64,000 nt of DNA from contig CAXXVK010000074.1 in NCBI GenBank assembly GCA_963676915.2, positions 24,270 through 88,269 on the forward strand, in the 5' to 3' direction. Position 1 is the stretch's first letter, and each line of letters begins with the position of its first letter. The notes under the pieces were generated by a model. It saw only the letters and a list, made by a program, of their open reading frames with translations, had not been told where the DNA came from and did no database searches. The position numbers and the translations under genes were made by a program. Below are positions 50,712 through 59,768 of the stretch, piece after piece. Source of the stretch: Myxococcota bacterium (lineage in GTDB: Bacteria; Myxococcota_A; SURF-8; G963663525).

Positions 50712-51812
50712 TCAGTTAATGATGGCCTCGACGGTTTCACCGATTTTGATGTTGGAAGTATCTTTGATCACGGTTTCGGGAATCTCGCCGACAATCTCCA
50801 GACCATCTTCGAAAGCGTGGCCGATGGAAATCGAGTGAGCAACGATTTTGCCATTTTCGACGGAGAAAACTTCACCAAGCCGGTTGCCGATGGTTTTCAC
50901 TGCCGTAGCGGGGACAATCACACGGGGTTTGGCCTGGGTCTCGATGGTGGCGACCGAGTACAACCCTGCGGGAATTTTGCCGCTTTTGTTATCGATATAG
51001 GCAATCAGGCTGAAGGTTTTCGACGTGCTGATGCTTTTGCCTTTGGAGTCGATGGACGCGGTGACCGTTTCGTTCAATGTGGGAATGTAGAACGAAACCT
51101 TCTCACCCTGCTCGACTTCTCCGTAAAACATTTCGGAAATGGACAGCGAGGCTTTGAGGCGATCGATTTTTTCGAGGGAAGCGATATCGCCGCCGCCCGG
51201 AAGGTTGCTCATCACGTATTTTCCCAAGGGCGCGATTTTCTTGGTGATAACTCCGCCGTAGGGAGCACGAATCTTGGCTTTGTTAAGTTTGCGCTTGAGC
51301 AGATTTACGCTTTTCGCCGCCGATTCGATCTGTTTTTCCAGAGCGGTTTTCTGAGCGCTGATGCCATCGAACTGGGACTGCGGAATGCTGCCGCTCTCCA
51401 ATAGAGCTTCGAGACGTTGAAAATCTTTCTCGACGCTAACGTATTGAGCGTTGAGAGCCGCAAGACCGGCACGAGCTTGTTCGAGACTGATCTGATAGTC
51501 GATGGGGTCCAGGGTTGCGATAACCTGGTTCGGCTCGACTAGCTCGTTTTCCTTGACGTGCCACTCGATCAGTTGGGCGGTGACTTCGGAGGTGATGGTG
51601 CATTTTTCTTCCGGAGCCAGGGTGACGCCTTCTTTCAGCGTGACACCAAGATCTTTGGTTTCCGGTTTGACGACCAGGACTTTTTTCACCATGTCCGTTT
51701 TGACGGGTGCCTGGGCTTCCTGACCGATGGATTCATTGCAGGACGCCAACACCATGACGGCAGCGATCAACAGGGCGAATACGGTGGTTTGTTTTGCGAT
51801 CGAAAAATTCAT
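50712..51812 (-). CDS. RND membrane fusion protein (lipoprotein)
   Basis: Lipobox LASC, lipoyl/hairpin pattern, IRAPYGGVI, PAGLY, IVPATAV. Confidence 0.9.
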   Translation of the reverse strand: MNFSIAKQTTVFALLIAAVMVLASCNESIGQEAQAPVKTDMVKKVLVVKPETKDLGVTLKEGVTLAPEEKCTITSEVTAQLIEWHVKENELVEPNQVIATLDPIDYQISLEQARAGLAALNAQYVSVEKDFQRLEALLESGSIPQSQFDGISAQKTALEKQIESAAKSVNLLKRKLNKAKIRAPYGGVITKKIAPLGKYVMSNLPGGGDIASLEKIDRLKASLSISEMFYGEVEQGEKVSFYIPTLNETVTASIDSKGKSISTSKTFSLIAYIDNKSGKIPAGLYSVATIETQAKPRVIVPATAVKTIGNRLGEVFSVENGKIVAHSISIGHAFEDGLEIVGEIPETVIKDTSNIKIGETVEAIIN

Positions 51813-51848
51813 GTGGATTTCCTTATAGGCCATATGTCTCTTAAGTAA

Positions 51849-53243
51849 TTACATCAAGTGTTTGGAATCGACGGTTTCGCCGATGGCTTTGAGCCAGGCT
51901 GCTTTGGCGATATAGCATTGGAAAATCGCCGAGTTGTGGTTGTTTCGTGCTTTGACGAGCGCGGTTTCGGCGTCCAGCATATCGGCTGTGGTACCCATGC
52001 CTTTGGCGAGATTGCGCGACTCGATGTCGTAAGCCTCTTCGGCTTCCAACACGGCAGCTTCGGCAACTTTGAGCATTTCCGTAGCGCTTTGGAAATCGAT
52101 CAGGGCTTTTTTGATTTCCAGCCGGATCATTCGTTCCACATATTCATTCATATGTTTGGCCTTCGAACGATTGGCGCGGGCTTTGTCGATTCCGTAGTAG
52201 GTTGCACCCCATTCCCAAAAATCCCAGCTAATGGCCAACCCGCCGTAAAACGTGTTTTCCCGGCCCATTGAAACGCCTTCGGTGTGGGTGTACGCGCCGA
52301 TCAGATTGACGTTGGGAAGCATGTCGGCCATGGCGGCGTGGGTTCCCCGCTCGGACTGGCGAATTCTTTGCCGCACTTCACTGGTTTCGGGGCGGGTTTC
52401 TATGGCGTTATCAAAAATTTCGGAAAGCAGGATCTCGGGAGCCACGGGAGCTTCACCAGGTACCGAAATCGGGAGCAGCTCGGCTTCGATATCCAGTCCC
52501 ATCACCGTAGCGAGATTGGCGCGGGCAAGGTTTTTCATCGAACGGGCTTGAATTTTTTTCTGGTTGGCATCGGCCAAAGCCACTCGGATTTTCAACAGGT
52601 CGTTTTTTGCCAGCATTCCTTGATCGACGAAAGACTGCACGACGCGTTGCTGCTCTTCAAGATGCTGTACCGACGAGTAAGTGGTTTCCAACTGTTTTTC
52701 CGCCTGGAGAAGATGAAAATAGGCTGTAACGACTTCCAGACTTTTGGCTTGTCGTTTGGCGTCGAGCTGTACTTGCGTGACTTTCTTCTCCAATTCGCTG
52801 ATTTTGTACCCTTGATGAATTTGATAAAGCTGATTCAGCGGCATGGCGACGGTAAGCTTTGTTTCGCTGGTAACCTGATCCTGGAGCTTCGACGGAGTGG
52901 AAAGTTGTTCCACCAACCCGGCGAAGGCTTGTTCATAGGCCGTTGTCGGAGCGGGCAGTTGTGTTGAACTTCCGCCACTTCCCAGGGAAAAATAGCTCTT
53001 GTCGTCCCATACGAGAATGCTGGAAGAGAATCCGAAGATCGGTCCGTAATGACCACGCATCTGTTTTCGGGCCGCTTCCGCCGAGCGAACATCCGCTTTG
53101 CTTGCCATAATTTCCGGGTTGTTTTTCAAGGTAAGATTCAGGGCTTCTTCCAACGTGATCTGCATGGGTTCCGCCATGCAAAGCCCCGGAAAAACGAGAG
53201 TTACAAGAAAAAAGAAGTACTTGAACGATGTTCTCATGTGCAT
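51849..53243 (-). CDS. TolC-family outer membrane efflux protein
   Basis: Signal peptide, ITLEEALNLTLKNNP, duplicated OEP helices, WDFWEWG, TTADMLDAE. Confidence 0.92.
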   Translation of the reverse strand: MHMRTSFKYFFFLVTLVFPGLCMAEPMQITLEEALNLTLKNNPEIMASKADVRSAEAARKQMRGHYGPIFGFSSSILVWDDKSYFSLGSGGSSTQLPAPTTAYEQAFAGLVEQLSTPSKLQDQVTSETKLTVAMPLNQLYQIHQGYKISELEKKVTQVQLDAKRQAKSLEVVTAYFHLLQAEKQLETTYSSVQHLEEQQRVVQSFVDQGMLAKNDLLKIRVALADANQKKIQARSMKNLARANLATVMGLDIEAELLPISVPGEAPVAPEILLSEIFDNAIETRPETSEVRQRIRQSERGTHAAMADMLPNVNLIGAYTHTEGVSMGRENTFYGGLAISWDFWEWGATYYGIDKARANRSKAKHMNEYVERMIRLEIKKALIDFQSATEMLKVAEAAVLEAEEAYDIESRNLAKGMGTTADMLDAETALVKARNNHNSAIFQCYIAKAAWLKAIGETVDSKHLM

Positions 53244-53387
53244 GAAACTTCCTTTGAATACGAAATGATCTTTCGGTGAAAGTTGGAAAAGAATGGTTCA
53301 GTGGAACTTAGCGGCCTATTCCCCCGGTTGATTCCCTGAATTTTGAAAGTATCGTATGGTATTTGCTTGTGTAGGATGTCGGTACGT

Positions 53388-53690
53388 TTATTCTGCGGTC
53401 GGTTCCATTTTGAATTCGAATTTGCTCAGCCATACCGAGTGATTGACCATTCCTTTCTTTCGTAAATGTTCGGCAAGCAAAAGGCCGACCTTCGTTTTTG
53501 CCGGAATAATGTCGGCACACCAATGAAGTACGACGGCGATGCTCGTTGGGAGAAAAGCATCCCCAATGATTTCGATTTTCTCGATATTTTTGTCTTTCAA
53601 AAGGGACTCGAAATGTTCTGGAAACTCTGTATTTAATTTTTTAATGGTTTCTTCTGAAGAAAGCAAATGAATAGATTCTACCCAGCCCAT
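53388..53690 (-). CDS. Small hypothetical protein, first gene after the sigma-54 promoter
   Basis: 100-aa ORF MGWVESIHL..VVLHW..GLLLAEHLRKKGMVNHSVW, with AAAGGG RBS 41 nt downstream of the -12 box. Confidence 0.7.
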   Translation of the reverse strand: MGWVESIHLLSSEETIKKLNTEFPEHFESLLKDKNIEKIEIIGDAFLPTSIAVVLHWCADIIPAKTKVGLLLAEHLRKKGMVNHSVWLSKFEFKMEPTAE

Positions 53691-53730
53691 TATCGGACCC
53701 TTTCGTTCGACAAACACGGCGATTATACTA

Positions 53731-53747
53731 AGCAGAAAGTGTGCCAG
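53731..53747 (-). promoter_or_regulatory. Sigma-54 (-24/-12) promoter
   Basis: Minus strand CTGGCACACTTTCTGCT: GG-N10-GC, TGGCAC core. Confidence 0.82.
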
Positions 53748-53811
53748 AGTAGGGAAGGAAAAATCCTTGGTTTTTCGCGGAATCAAAGGTGCACACATCT
53801 GGCTTTTTAGT

Positions 53812-53856
53812 AAACTGCGATATTTAACAGATGTGGTCTGTTAAATATCGCAGTTT
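53812..53856. promoter_or_regulatory. Perfect 20-bp inverted repeat, probable enhancer (UAS) for the divergent activator
   Basis: AAACTGCGATATTTAACAGA-TGTGG-TCTGTTAAATATCGCAGTTT. Confidence 0.75.
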
Positions 53857-54001
53857 GCCGTATTATTTGACAGTTGGGACGGGTTCCAGTAGTTTCAAAT
53901 TACCCAAGTCTTCAAGAACTGTGATTGGCGGAGAATTGACGATCCAAGTCATGCATTCCAGGAATCTCTTGTAATGCAGAAATTTCGAATTATTTCAGCA
54001 G

Positions 54002-55606
54002 ATGAAAAAAGGTACAGCCATGTTGAATGAAAACGAGTTCTTCCGTGAAGTTACCTTACGTGTGGGTAGCAGCCTCAATATGGACGAAGCGCTCCAGAAT
54101 CTGATGGAATACCTGCGTCGGTTTTTTCCCCTCGAAACCATTTTTCTCGATTACCAGGAACGAGATGGTGGAGTCTATAGCGTCAGTTTTGCAGGAGGGA
54201 ATAAATTTAGTATTTTTGATAATGAAAAGCCGTTGTTCTTTGTGGACATTGAAAGAAAGCAAGCACTCGAACAACTCTTGGAAGATTCAGGGTTCAAAAT
54301 AGGAGATGTTTTCATTATCAACCAACTCGTTCATGAAGCTGTCAGCGAGAAGATGAAAGCGGTTTTCGATATGATGAGAGAGGTGATTCCACCGGATGAA
54401 GTCCTACCTTCGATATTGTCTCTCGAATTGGAAATCAAAGACGAACATGTCGGGCGCTTCGGTATTGTGAATTACGAGAAAAATCCTTTTACCAAAGAAC
54501 ACGCTCGTTTGCTGCAACTTGTCAAAGAACCGATGGCTTTGGCCATGAGCAATGCCCGCCGCTATCGTGAACTGAAACGGCTAAAAGATATTCTCGATGA
54601 TGACAACCGCGCCATGCGGCAGGAATTGGAACGAATTTCCGGTAATCAGGTGATTGGTGCGGATTTCGGGCTTCGGCATGTGATGGAACTGGTTCGTCAG
54701 GCGGCACCTTTGAATAATCCGATTTTGTTGCTGGGTGAAACGGGGACGGGCAAGGAGGTTATTGCCAATGCGATCCACCTTTCCTCTTCCCGTAGGGATC
54801 AGCCGATGGTGCGTGTCCAATGTGGAGCGATACCGGATACTTTGCTGGACAGCGAACTTTTCGGGCATGAAAAGGGTGCATTTACCGGGGCGTTTACCAG
54901 TAAACGCGGACGTTTCGAAAGAGCGAACGGCGGGACGATTTTTCTCGATGAAATCGGGGAGTTGACTCAGGATGCCCAGGTCAAACTTTTGCGGGTTTTG
55001 CAGGAGCAGGAGTTCGAACGACTGGGTGGAAACAAGACGATCAAAGTGGATGTGCGCGTGATTGCCGCAACGCATCGGAATTTGGAACAAATGGTTCAGG
55101 AAGGCCGTTTTCGGGAAGACCTTTGGTATCGGTTGAACGTTTTTCCGATTCAACTCCCACCGTTACGGCAACGCAAGGAAGATATTCCCTCGTTGATAGC
55201 CCACTTCGTCAGTCGAAAAAGTAGGGAAATGGGATTGCCGAATATTCCCATTCTGGCTCGGAAAGCTCTCGATCAATTGAACAGCTACGATTGGCCGGGA
55301 AATGTGCGGGAGTTGCAAAACATCGTCGAGCGGGCATTGATTACGAGTAATGGAGGTGCGCTTTCTTTTCCTGAGTTGGAAAGATCTGTGGAACGTTCAC
55401 CGGTTCCCCGTTCGATGGAACCTGAAGAAAGCATTTCCACGCTGGAGGATGTTATCGTCGAGCACATCCGCAAAGTGCTAGTGACGTGTCACGGTAGGGT
55501 GGAAGGCGAAGGAGGAGCCGCCGAGGTGCTGAATATCAATCCGAGTACGTTACGCGCTCGGATGCGCAAGTACGGCATTGCGTTCGGTCGTAACGTCATG
55601 GTTTGA
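54002..55606 (+). CDS. Sigma-54-dependent enhancer-binding protein (GAF-like + AAA+ + HTH; FhlA/NifA-like)
   Basis: [56 protein letters not shown]. Confidence 0.95.
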   Translation: MKKGTAMLNENEFFREVTLRVGSSLNMDEALQNLMEYLRRFFPLETIFLDYQERDGGVYSVSFAGGNKFSIFDNEKPLFFVDIERKQALEQLLEDSGFKIGDVFIINQLVHEAVSEKMKAVFDMMREVIPPDEVLPSILSLELEIKDEHVGRFGIVNYEKNPFTKEHARLLQLVKEPMALAMSNARRYRELKRLKDILDDDNRAMRQELERISGNQVIGADFGLRHVMELVRQAAPLNNPILLLGETGTGKEVIANAIHLSSSRRDQPMVRVQCGAIPDTLLDSELFGHEKGAFTGAFTSKRGRFERANGGTIFLDEIGELTQDAQVKLLRVLQEQEFERLGGNKTIKVDVRVIAATHRNLEQMVQEGRFREDLWYRLNVFPIQLPPLRQRKEDIPSLIAHFVSRKSREMGLPNIPILARKALDQLNSYDWPGNVRELQNIVERALITSNGGALSFPELERSVERSPVPRSMEPEESISTLEDVIVEHIRKVLVTCHGRVEGEGGAAEVLNINPSTLRARMRKYGIAFGRNVMV

Positions 55607-55630
55607 AAAAGGGAATGATATCCCGTGTTT

Positions 55631-55672
55631 AAACGACGAAACCCTCGGAAATATCCGAGGGTTTCGTCGTTT
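55631..55672. terminator. Bidirectional terminator between convergent genes
   Basis: 19-bp perfect IR AAACGACGAAACCCTCGGA-AATA-TCCGAGGGTTTCGTCGTTT. Confidence 0.85.
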
Positions 55673-55696
55673 GAATCATCTATTGAGAAAACGGAA

Positions 55697-56974
55697 TCAG
55701 TCCCAATCCTCTTGATATTCCGCGTGACTGAGCGGGATATCGTCGTAGTTTTTCAGGTATTGTCGGGATTCCGTAGAACCGCGCAGGTAGTAGTTGAGAT
55801 ACGCGGTATTGTAATGGTTGATCAAGTCGTGGGCTTCGTTGTAGTCCACGTTGAAGTCAGGGCTGCAACCGTCGTTGAGGGCGTCGCGGGCATCGGACCA
55901 ATCGAGCTGGTCGGCCAACTCATTCAGATTGAGCAGGCAGATATCCGAGAACGTAAAATGCCCCCCATCAAGAATCGTGACCATCGCCTTCGGTTTTCCC
56001 AGATCCAGGTAAGGTTCCAGCATGTTTTCCTGATACTGAAGGGTGTCATCCAGCGTTCCACCCATAATCATCATCGGCTTGGGGTATTCCGGCAGTGTGC
56101 AACCTTCGAGTACGCACATGCCGCCTACCGGAGCCTGAGAAATCACGATATCCACCCGGTCGTCCACGCAACCGACGATTTCCGAGGTGACGGCGCCGAA
56201 CGAATGCCCCATCGCGGCGATGTTTTCGAGATCCACGCTACCGTACAAGAAGGAATCCGGGTCGCTGTTTTCTCGTTGCATCTGGTCGATTAGGAAGCGG
56301 ATGTCGTCGGGACGTACGGCGACGGCTGCACCGGTAGCGCCAACGCTCCAGTCATCGCGGATCAGCTCCCACAGCGTGTTGCCGATGTGATCGGGTGCTA
56401 CGACAATATAGCCATGGCTGGCGATTTGCGGGGTTTGGAACACCGATTGGAAACGAATGCCGCCCGAACCGTGAGAGAACAGCACGAGGGGGAATTTCGT
56501 GCCGGGCCAAACCGGAACGTCGGGCATGGCGTCTGTGGAGAAATAGCCTAGTTCCACATCGCCGATCATCTCTTTCAAAACATCGCTAAACGCGCAGGCT
56601 TCGGTTTTGGGGTCGTAGACTCTGGAGTTTTCTTCATCCAGTTCGACAGTCGTAGGATACCAGATCTCCGTGACGAGGCGACGCGGTCCGCCACCGGAAT
56701 CGCGATCGTCGGGACGGCTTTCGTCGTAATAAACGATGGTGCGGACGCCGACCGGATACGGTCCCCATTTCATAGGATCGATGGCGTTGTCCGGACCAGC
56801 AGGTTCGAATTCGGGAACGGGGAAATCGTTTTCGACTTCAACCGCTTCGATATCCGTATCACCTTCGGGAATCTGAGAAGTATTTTCGTCATCATCTCCG
56901 CAGGCTGTGAAAAGCGTGCAGGCCATAAGCAATAGGCCCGTGAACAGGAAAAGGGTATAGATCGGTTTTCGCAT
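55697..56974 (-). CDS. Alpha/beta-hydrolase lipoprotein (PAF-acetylhydrolase/chlorophyllase-like)
   Basis: Lipobox FTAC; GPYPVG, IWYP, LFSHGSGG, VAPDHIGN, GHSFG, GTLDD, GGHFTFSD. Confidence 0.88.
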   Translation of the reverse strand: MRKPIYTLFLFTGLLLMACTLFTACGDDDENTSQIPEGDTDIEAVEVENDFPVPEFEPAGPDNAIDPMKWGPYPVGVRTIVYYDESRPDDRDSGGGPRRLVTEIWYPTTVELDEENSRVYDPKTEACAFSDVLKEMIGDVELGYFSTDAMPDVPVWPGTKFPLVLFSHGSGGIRFQSVFQTPQIASHGYIVVAPDHIGNTLWELIRDDWSVGATGAAVAVRPDDIRFLIDQMQRENSDPDSFLYGSVDLENIAAMGHSFGAVTSEIVGCVDDRVDIVISQAPVGGMCVLEGCTLPEYPKPMMIMGGTLDDTLQYQENMLEPYLDLGKPKAMVTILDGGHFTFSDICLLNLNELADQLDWSDARDALNDGCSPDFNVDYNEAHDLINHYNTAYLNYYLRGSTESRQYLKNYDDIPLSHAEYQEDWD

Positions 56975-57120
56975 CACGTTTCTCTCTTTGTTGTTGTCGA
57001 AAGACGCCATCTTGGCGGAAGTCATGTAAAACTGAGTCATAAGTTGCGGACCAACTCATCCTGCTATTGGACCGTTAACGAATGACTTTTTCACGTATCT
57101 TTTTGGAAATTCTGTCTCGG

Positions 57121-57531
57121 TTAAAAATCCCCCCGGAGGAGCACCCAGTTTCGTCGTCGTTTTTCCCATAGTTGCACGAGATTTTTCGTTTTGACAACCA
57201 TTTGGTTGTTGTCGAAATATTCACGTACCACAGTTACGGTGGCCTGGGTTTTGTCGGTGTTGTAAACCACCCGGCGGATGAAATAGTTGGAAATTCTTCT
57301 GTTTTTCATCCATTTTTCCATGTCCTGGAAAAAACGGGTCTGTTCTCTTGCATCCACCGACATTCCGGCAAAATCAATGTTGCCGTCCGTCAATGCATTA
57401 TGATAAGCTTCGACCGCTTCTTGAAACTCTCTTTGGGATTGTCTGCAACCCGTCGTCATTGAGGCGGCGAGAAACAGCAAAACCAAAACGAATAGAATCG
57501 GAATTATCGAAGACAATCGCGGGATTTTCAT
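57121..57531 (-). CDS. Hypothetical lipoprotein (NTF2-like pattern)
   Basis: Hydrophobic N-terminus, TTGC, helix then beta strands ending QLWEKRRRNWVL. Confidence 0.65.
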   Translation of the reverse strand: MKIPRLSSIIPILFVLVLLFLAASMTTGCRQSQREFQEAVEAYHNALTDGNIDFAGMSVDAREQTRFFQDMEKWMKNRRISNYFIRRVVYNTDKTQATVTVVREYFDNNQMVVKTKNLVQLWEKRRRNWVLLRGDF

Positions 57532-57608
57532 CGGTACTCTCCAAAAAACAGTGGCACGCGGCGTCCAGCTTAGTCAGAACCGCATAGGATGTCAAAGATC
57601 CAAAGGAA

Positions 57609-58130
57609 ATGAAGATGAAACAGTGGCTGATTTTGGTGTTTTGTTCCTTATTGGCAGTATTGATGGTCATGGGTTGTGGAGGCGACGGATCTTCGGACAA
57701 TTCGAACGATGATGGCTACGATCCCCATGAAAGCCCTGAAAATCTGGCCCATGCCGTGTACGATCTGTACCGATCCGGGGAAAGCTTGACCTGCGGTTCG
57801 GATTTATATCTGCCTCAAGACGTGCTGGAAGAACTGTTTTCGGATTCGGAAAAATTTTGCAACGTAACGTGGTGCGATCATAACAATTTCCTGTACGAGG
57901 CGATTTCGGATGACGATGTGGTTGAATTCCAGAAATGGCGTCCCCAAGGTGGTGGCGATATGCAGACCACCAGCGGTTCGGCAGGGACGCTGGAGTATCT
58001 AGAAGGTGGTGGTGTGTACGTGAAAACCGATGAAAGTACAGGGGAATTTCCTCTCCACAAGATCGTTCTGTACAACGAAAAATGGTACGTTTTGGAACTC
58101 GTTCGTAACCGGGACGAGGTGTGCAGCTAA
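57609..58130 (+). CDS. Hypothetical acidic lipoprotein
   Basis: RBS AAAGGA, lipobox VMGC, 173 aa. Confidence 0.7.
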   Translation: MKMKQWLILVFCSLLAVLMVMGCGGDGSSDNSNDDGYDPHESPENLAHAVYDLYRSGESLTCGSDLYLPQDVLEELFSDSEKFCNVTWCDHNNFLYEAISDDDVVEFQKWRPQGGGDMQTTSGSAGTLEYLEGGGVYVKTDESTGEFPLHKIVLYNEKWYVLELVRNRDEVCS

Positions 58131-58342
58131 ATAGTTCGAGCTTCTTCCGTTAAATCACGGTTTCAATATCTTCGTTGCCGAGGTGTGTTAAATGCGGCAA
58201 CGTTAGAAAAATATTAGGAAAATGTAAAAGAGGTGTTTGGAAGTCATTGACATTCTGCGAAGGTATCGTTACGTCTATAAAGTCGAAAACCGTATCAGGA
58301 TTCATTTCATTCTGATACTTGCTTTTAACGAAAGGGACGACG

Positions 58343-59740
58343 ATGCCGATGTGGCGTACGATGGCAGTGATGCTCTTGGTTGCAGGGATGTTGTGGAGTT
58401 GTTCCGATTCGGAAGATTCGGGAAACACAGATGGTGATCAGGATGTCGTTTCCGAGCAAGACGTTGTGGAAACCGATACCGAAAACTCCGATGGCGGGGA
58501 TATCGATTATAAGTATATCGATTGTGATGAGCCTTTTGACCCTTGGGCGGTCGAAGCTCGACGTTACACGATTGCCCCCTATAGCATCAATCCGACCCGA
58601 GACAGCATTACTATCCTATGGGAATCCCTTGAAAACACTCCATCTTTCATCCTTTGGGGAGTAGAAGGCACGCTCGATACGGTTCAGTGTGTCCACGAGC
58701 CGGAGCGCATTCCCATCGTTTCCGACGAGATCGACGAAGAACACGACGGATGGCTGTTTCGTACGACATTGCTGAACCTCGATTCGCAACTACGGTATGA
58801 GTTCACCATTCCCAACGCGGAAATTCCTGCTCCTATTGCCGATAATACCTGGGCTGCTGAGATCGAGTATCAACCTTTTGCGGGGGGTGGTTTCGTAGTT
58901 GCTTCGGAACCGGGCGAACGTTTTTCCATGATGATCGTCGGTGACAACCAGGGTGTCCCAATGATGCACGCCACGGTCATTCAGCACATGCAGGAAAATC
59001 TCGCCGAGTTGATGTTTCACCTGGGAGATATCGTTCACAACGGCATGATCGATCAATATCGCAACAACTACTTTTTGCTTTCCTCGCCGGTATTGAGTCA
59101 TATGGCTTCCGTGCATATTGCCGGAAATCACGAAGGGGAGGGGGAGACCATTCCCTACGACGCATTTTTCCGTGTGCCCGATGCTGGAACGGTTATGATT
59201 GACGACGAGTCGGTACATCCCGGAAAACGAACTTTCACCTATGATTACGGGCATGTTCGGTTTTTCGTGCTCGATTCGGAAAAAGAGATGGGATACGGTT
59301 CGGTGCAGCTCGCATGGCTTGATGACCGTCTGCAACGCACGGCGGCTGAAGACGATCACATCCGTTTCATGATTTGTGCCTGGCATCGTCCTACGTATTC
59401 TTTAGGTGATGGTCGTTATGTGTATCCGAAAGAGGAATTGCACGAAGTTTTGTTGCGAAACAAGGTGGATCTGGTGCTTACCGGCCACGATCACGATTAC
59501 CAGCGTTTCGTGCAGGATGGCCTGACTTACATTGTTACCGGCGGCGCGGGGGCGATGCTGACACCCTTGGATTTGTCCAGCGCGTTACCCGATGACAATC
59601 TTGTCGTCGGCGAGACGGCTTTGCATATCCTCATGGCGGAATTCGGACCGGATCAGGCCGATTTCGTCGCCCTGCGCTCGGAAGACGGTGAGGAAATCGA
59701 TCACTTCACGTTACCGGTTCGGAAACCAACGGAACGCTGA
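58343..59740 (+). CDS. Purple-acid-phosphatase-like metallophosphoesterase lipoprotein
   Basis: Lipobox LWSC; FN3-like N-domain; VGDNQ, LGDIVH, AGNHE, WHRP, TGHDHDYQR, IVTGGAG. Confidence 0.88.
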   Translation: MPMWRTMAVMLLVAGMLWSCSDSEDSGNTDGDQDVVSEQDVVETDTENSDGGDIDYKYIDCDEPFDPWAVEARRYTIAPYSINPTRDSITILWESLENTPSFILWGVEGTLDTVQCVHEPERIPIVSDEIDEEHDGWLFRTTLLNLDSQLRYEFTIPNAEIPAPIADNTWAAEIEYQPFAGGGFVVASEPGERFSMMIVGDNQGVPMMHATVIQHMQENLAELMFHLGDIVHNGMIDQYRNNYFLLSSPVLSHMASVHIAGNHEGEGETIPYDAFFRVPDAGTVMIDDESVHPGKRTFTYDYGHVRFFVLDSEKEMGYGSVQLAWLDDRLQRTAAEDDHIRFMICAWHRPTYSLGDGRYVYPKEELHEVLLRNKVDLVLTGHDHDYQRFVQDGLTYIVTGGAGAMLTPLDLSSALPDDNLVVGETALHILMAEFGPDQADFVALRSEDGEEIDHFTLPVRKPTER

Positions 59741-59768
59741 GAAGTGGCTTAAATAAGCACTTCTATAG

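Noticed and set aside
57551-57568. TGGCACG as a sigma-54 promoter for 57609
   Set aside because: Lacks the -12 GC at the required spacing.
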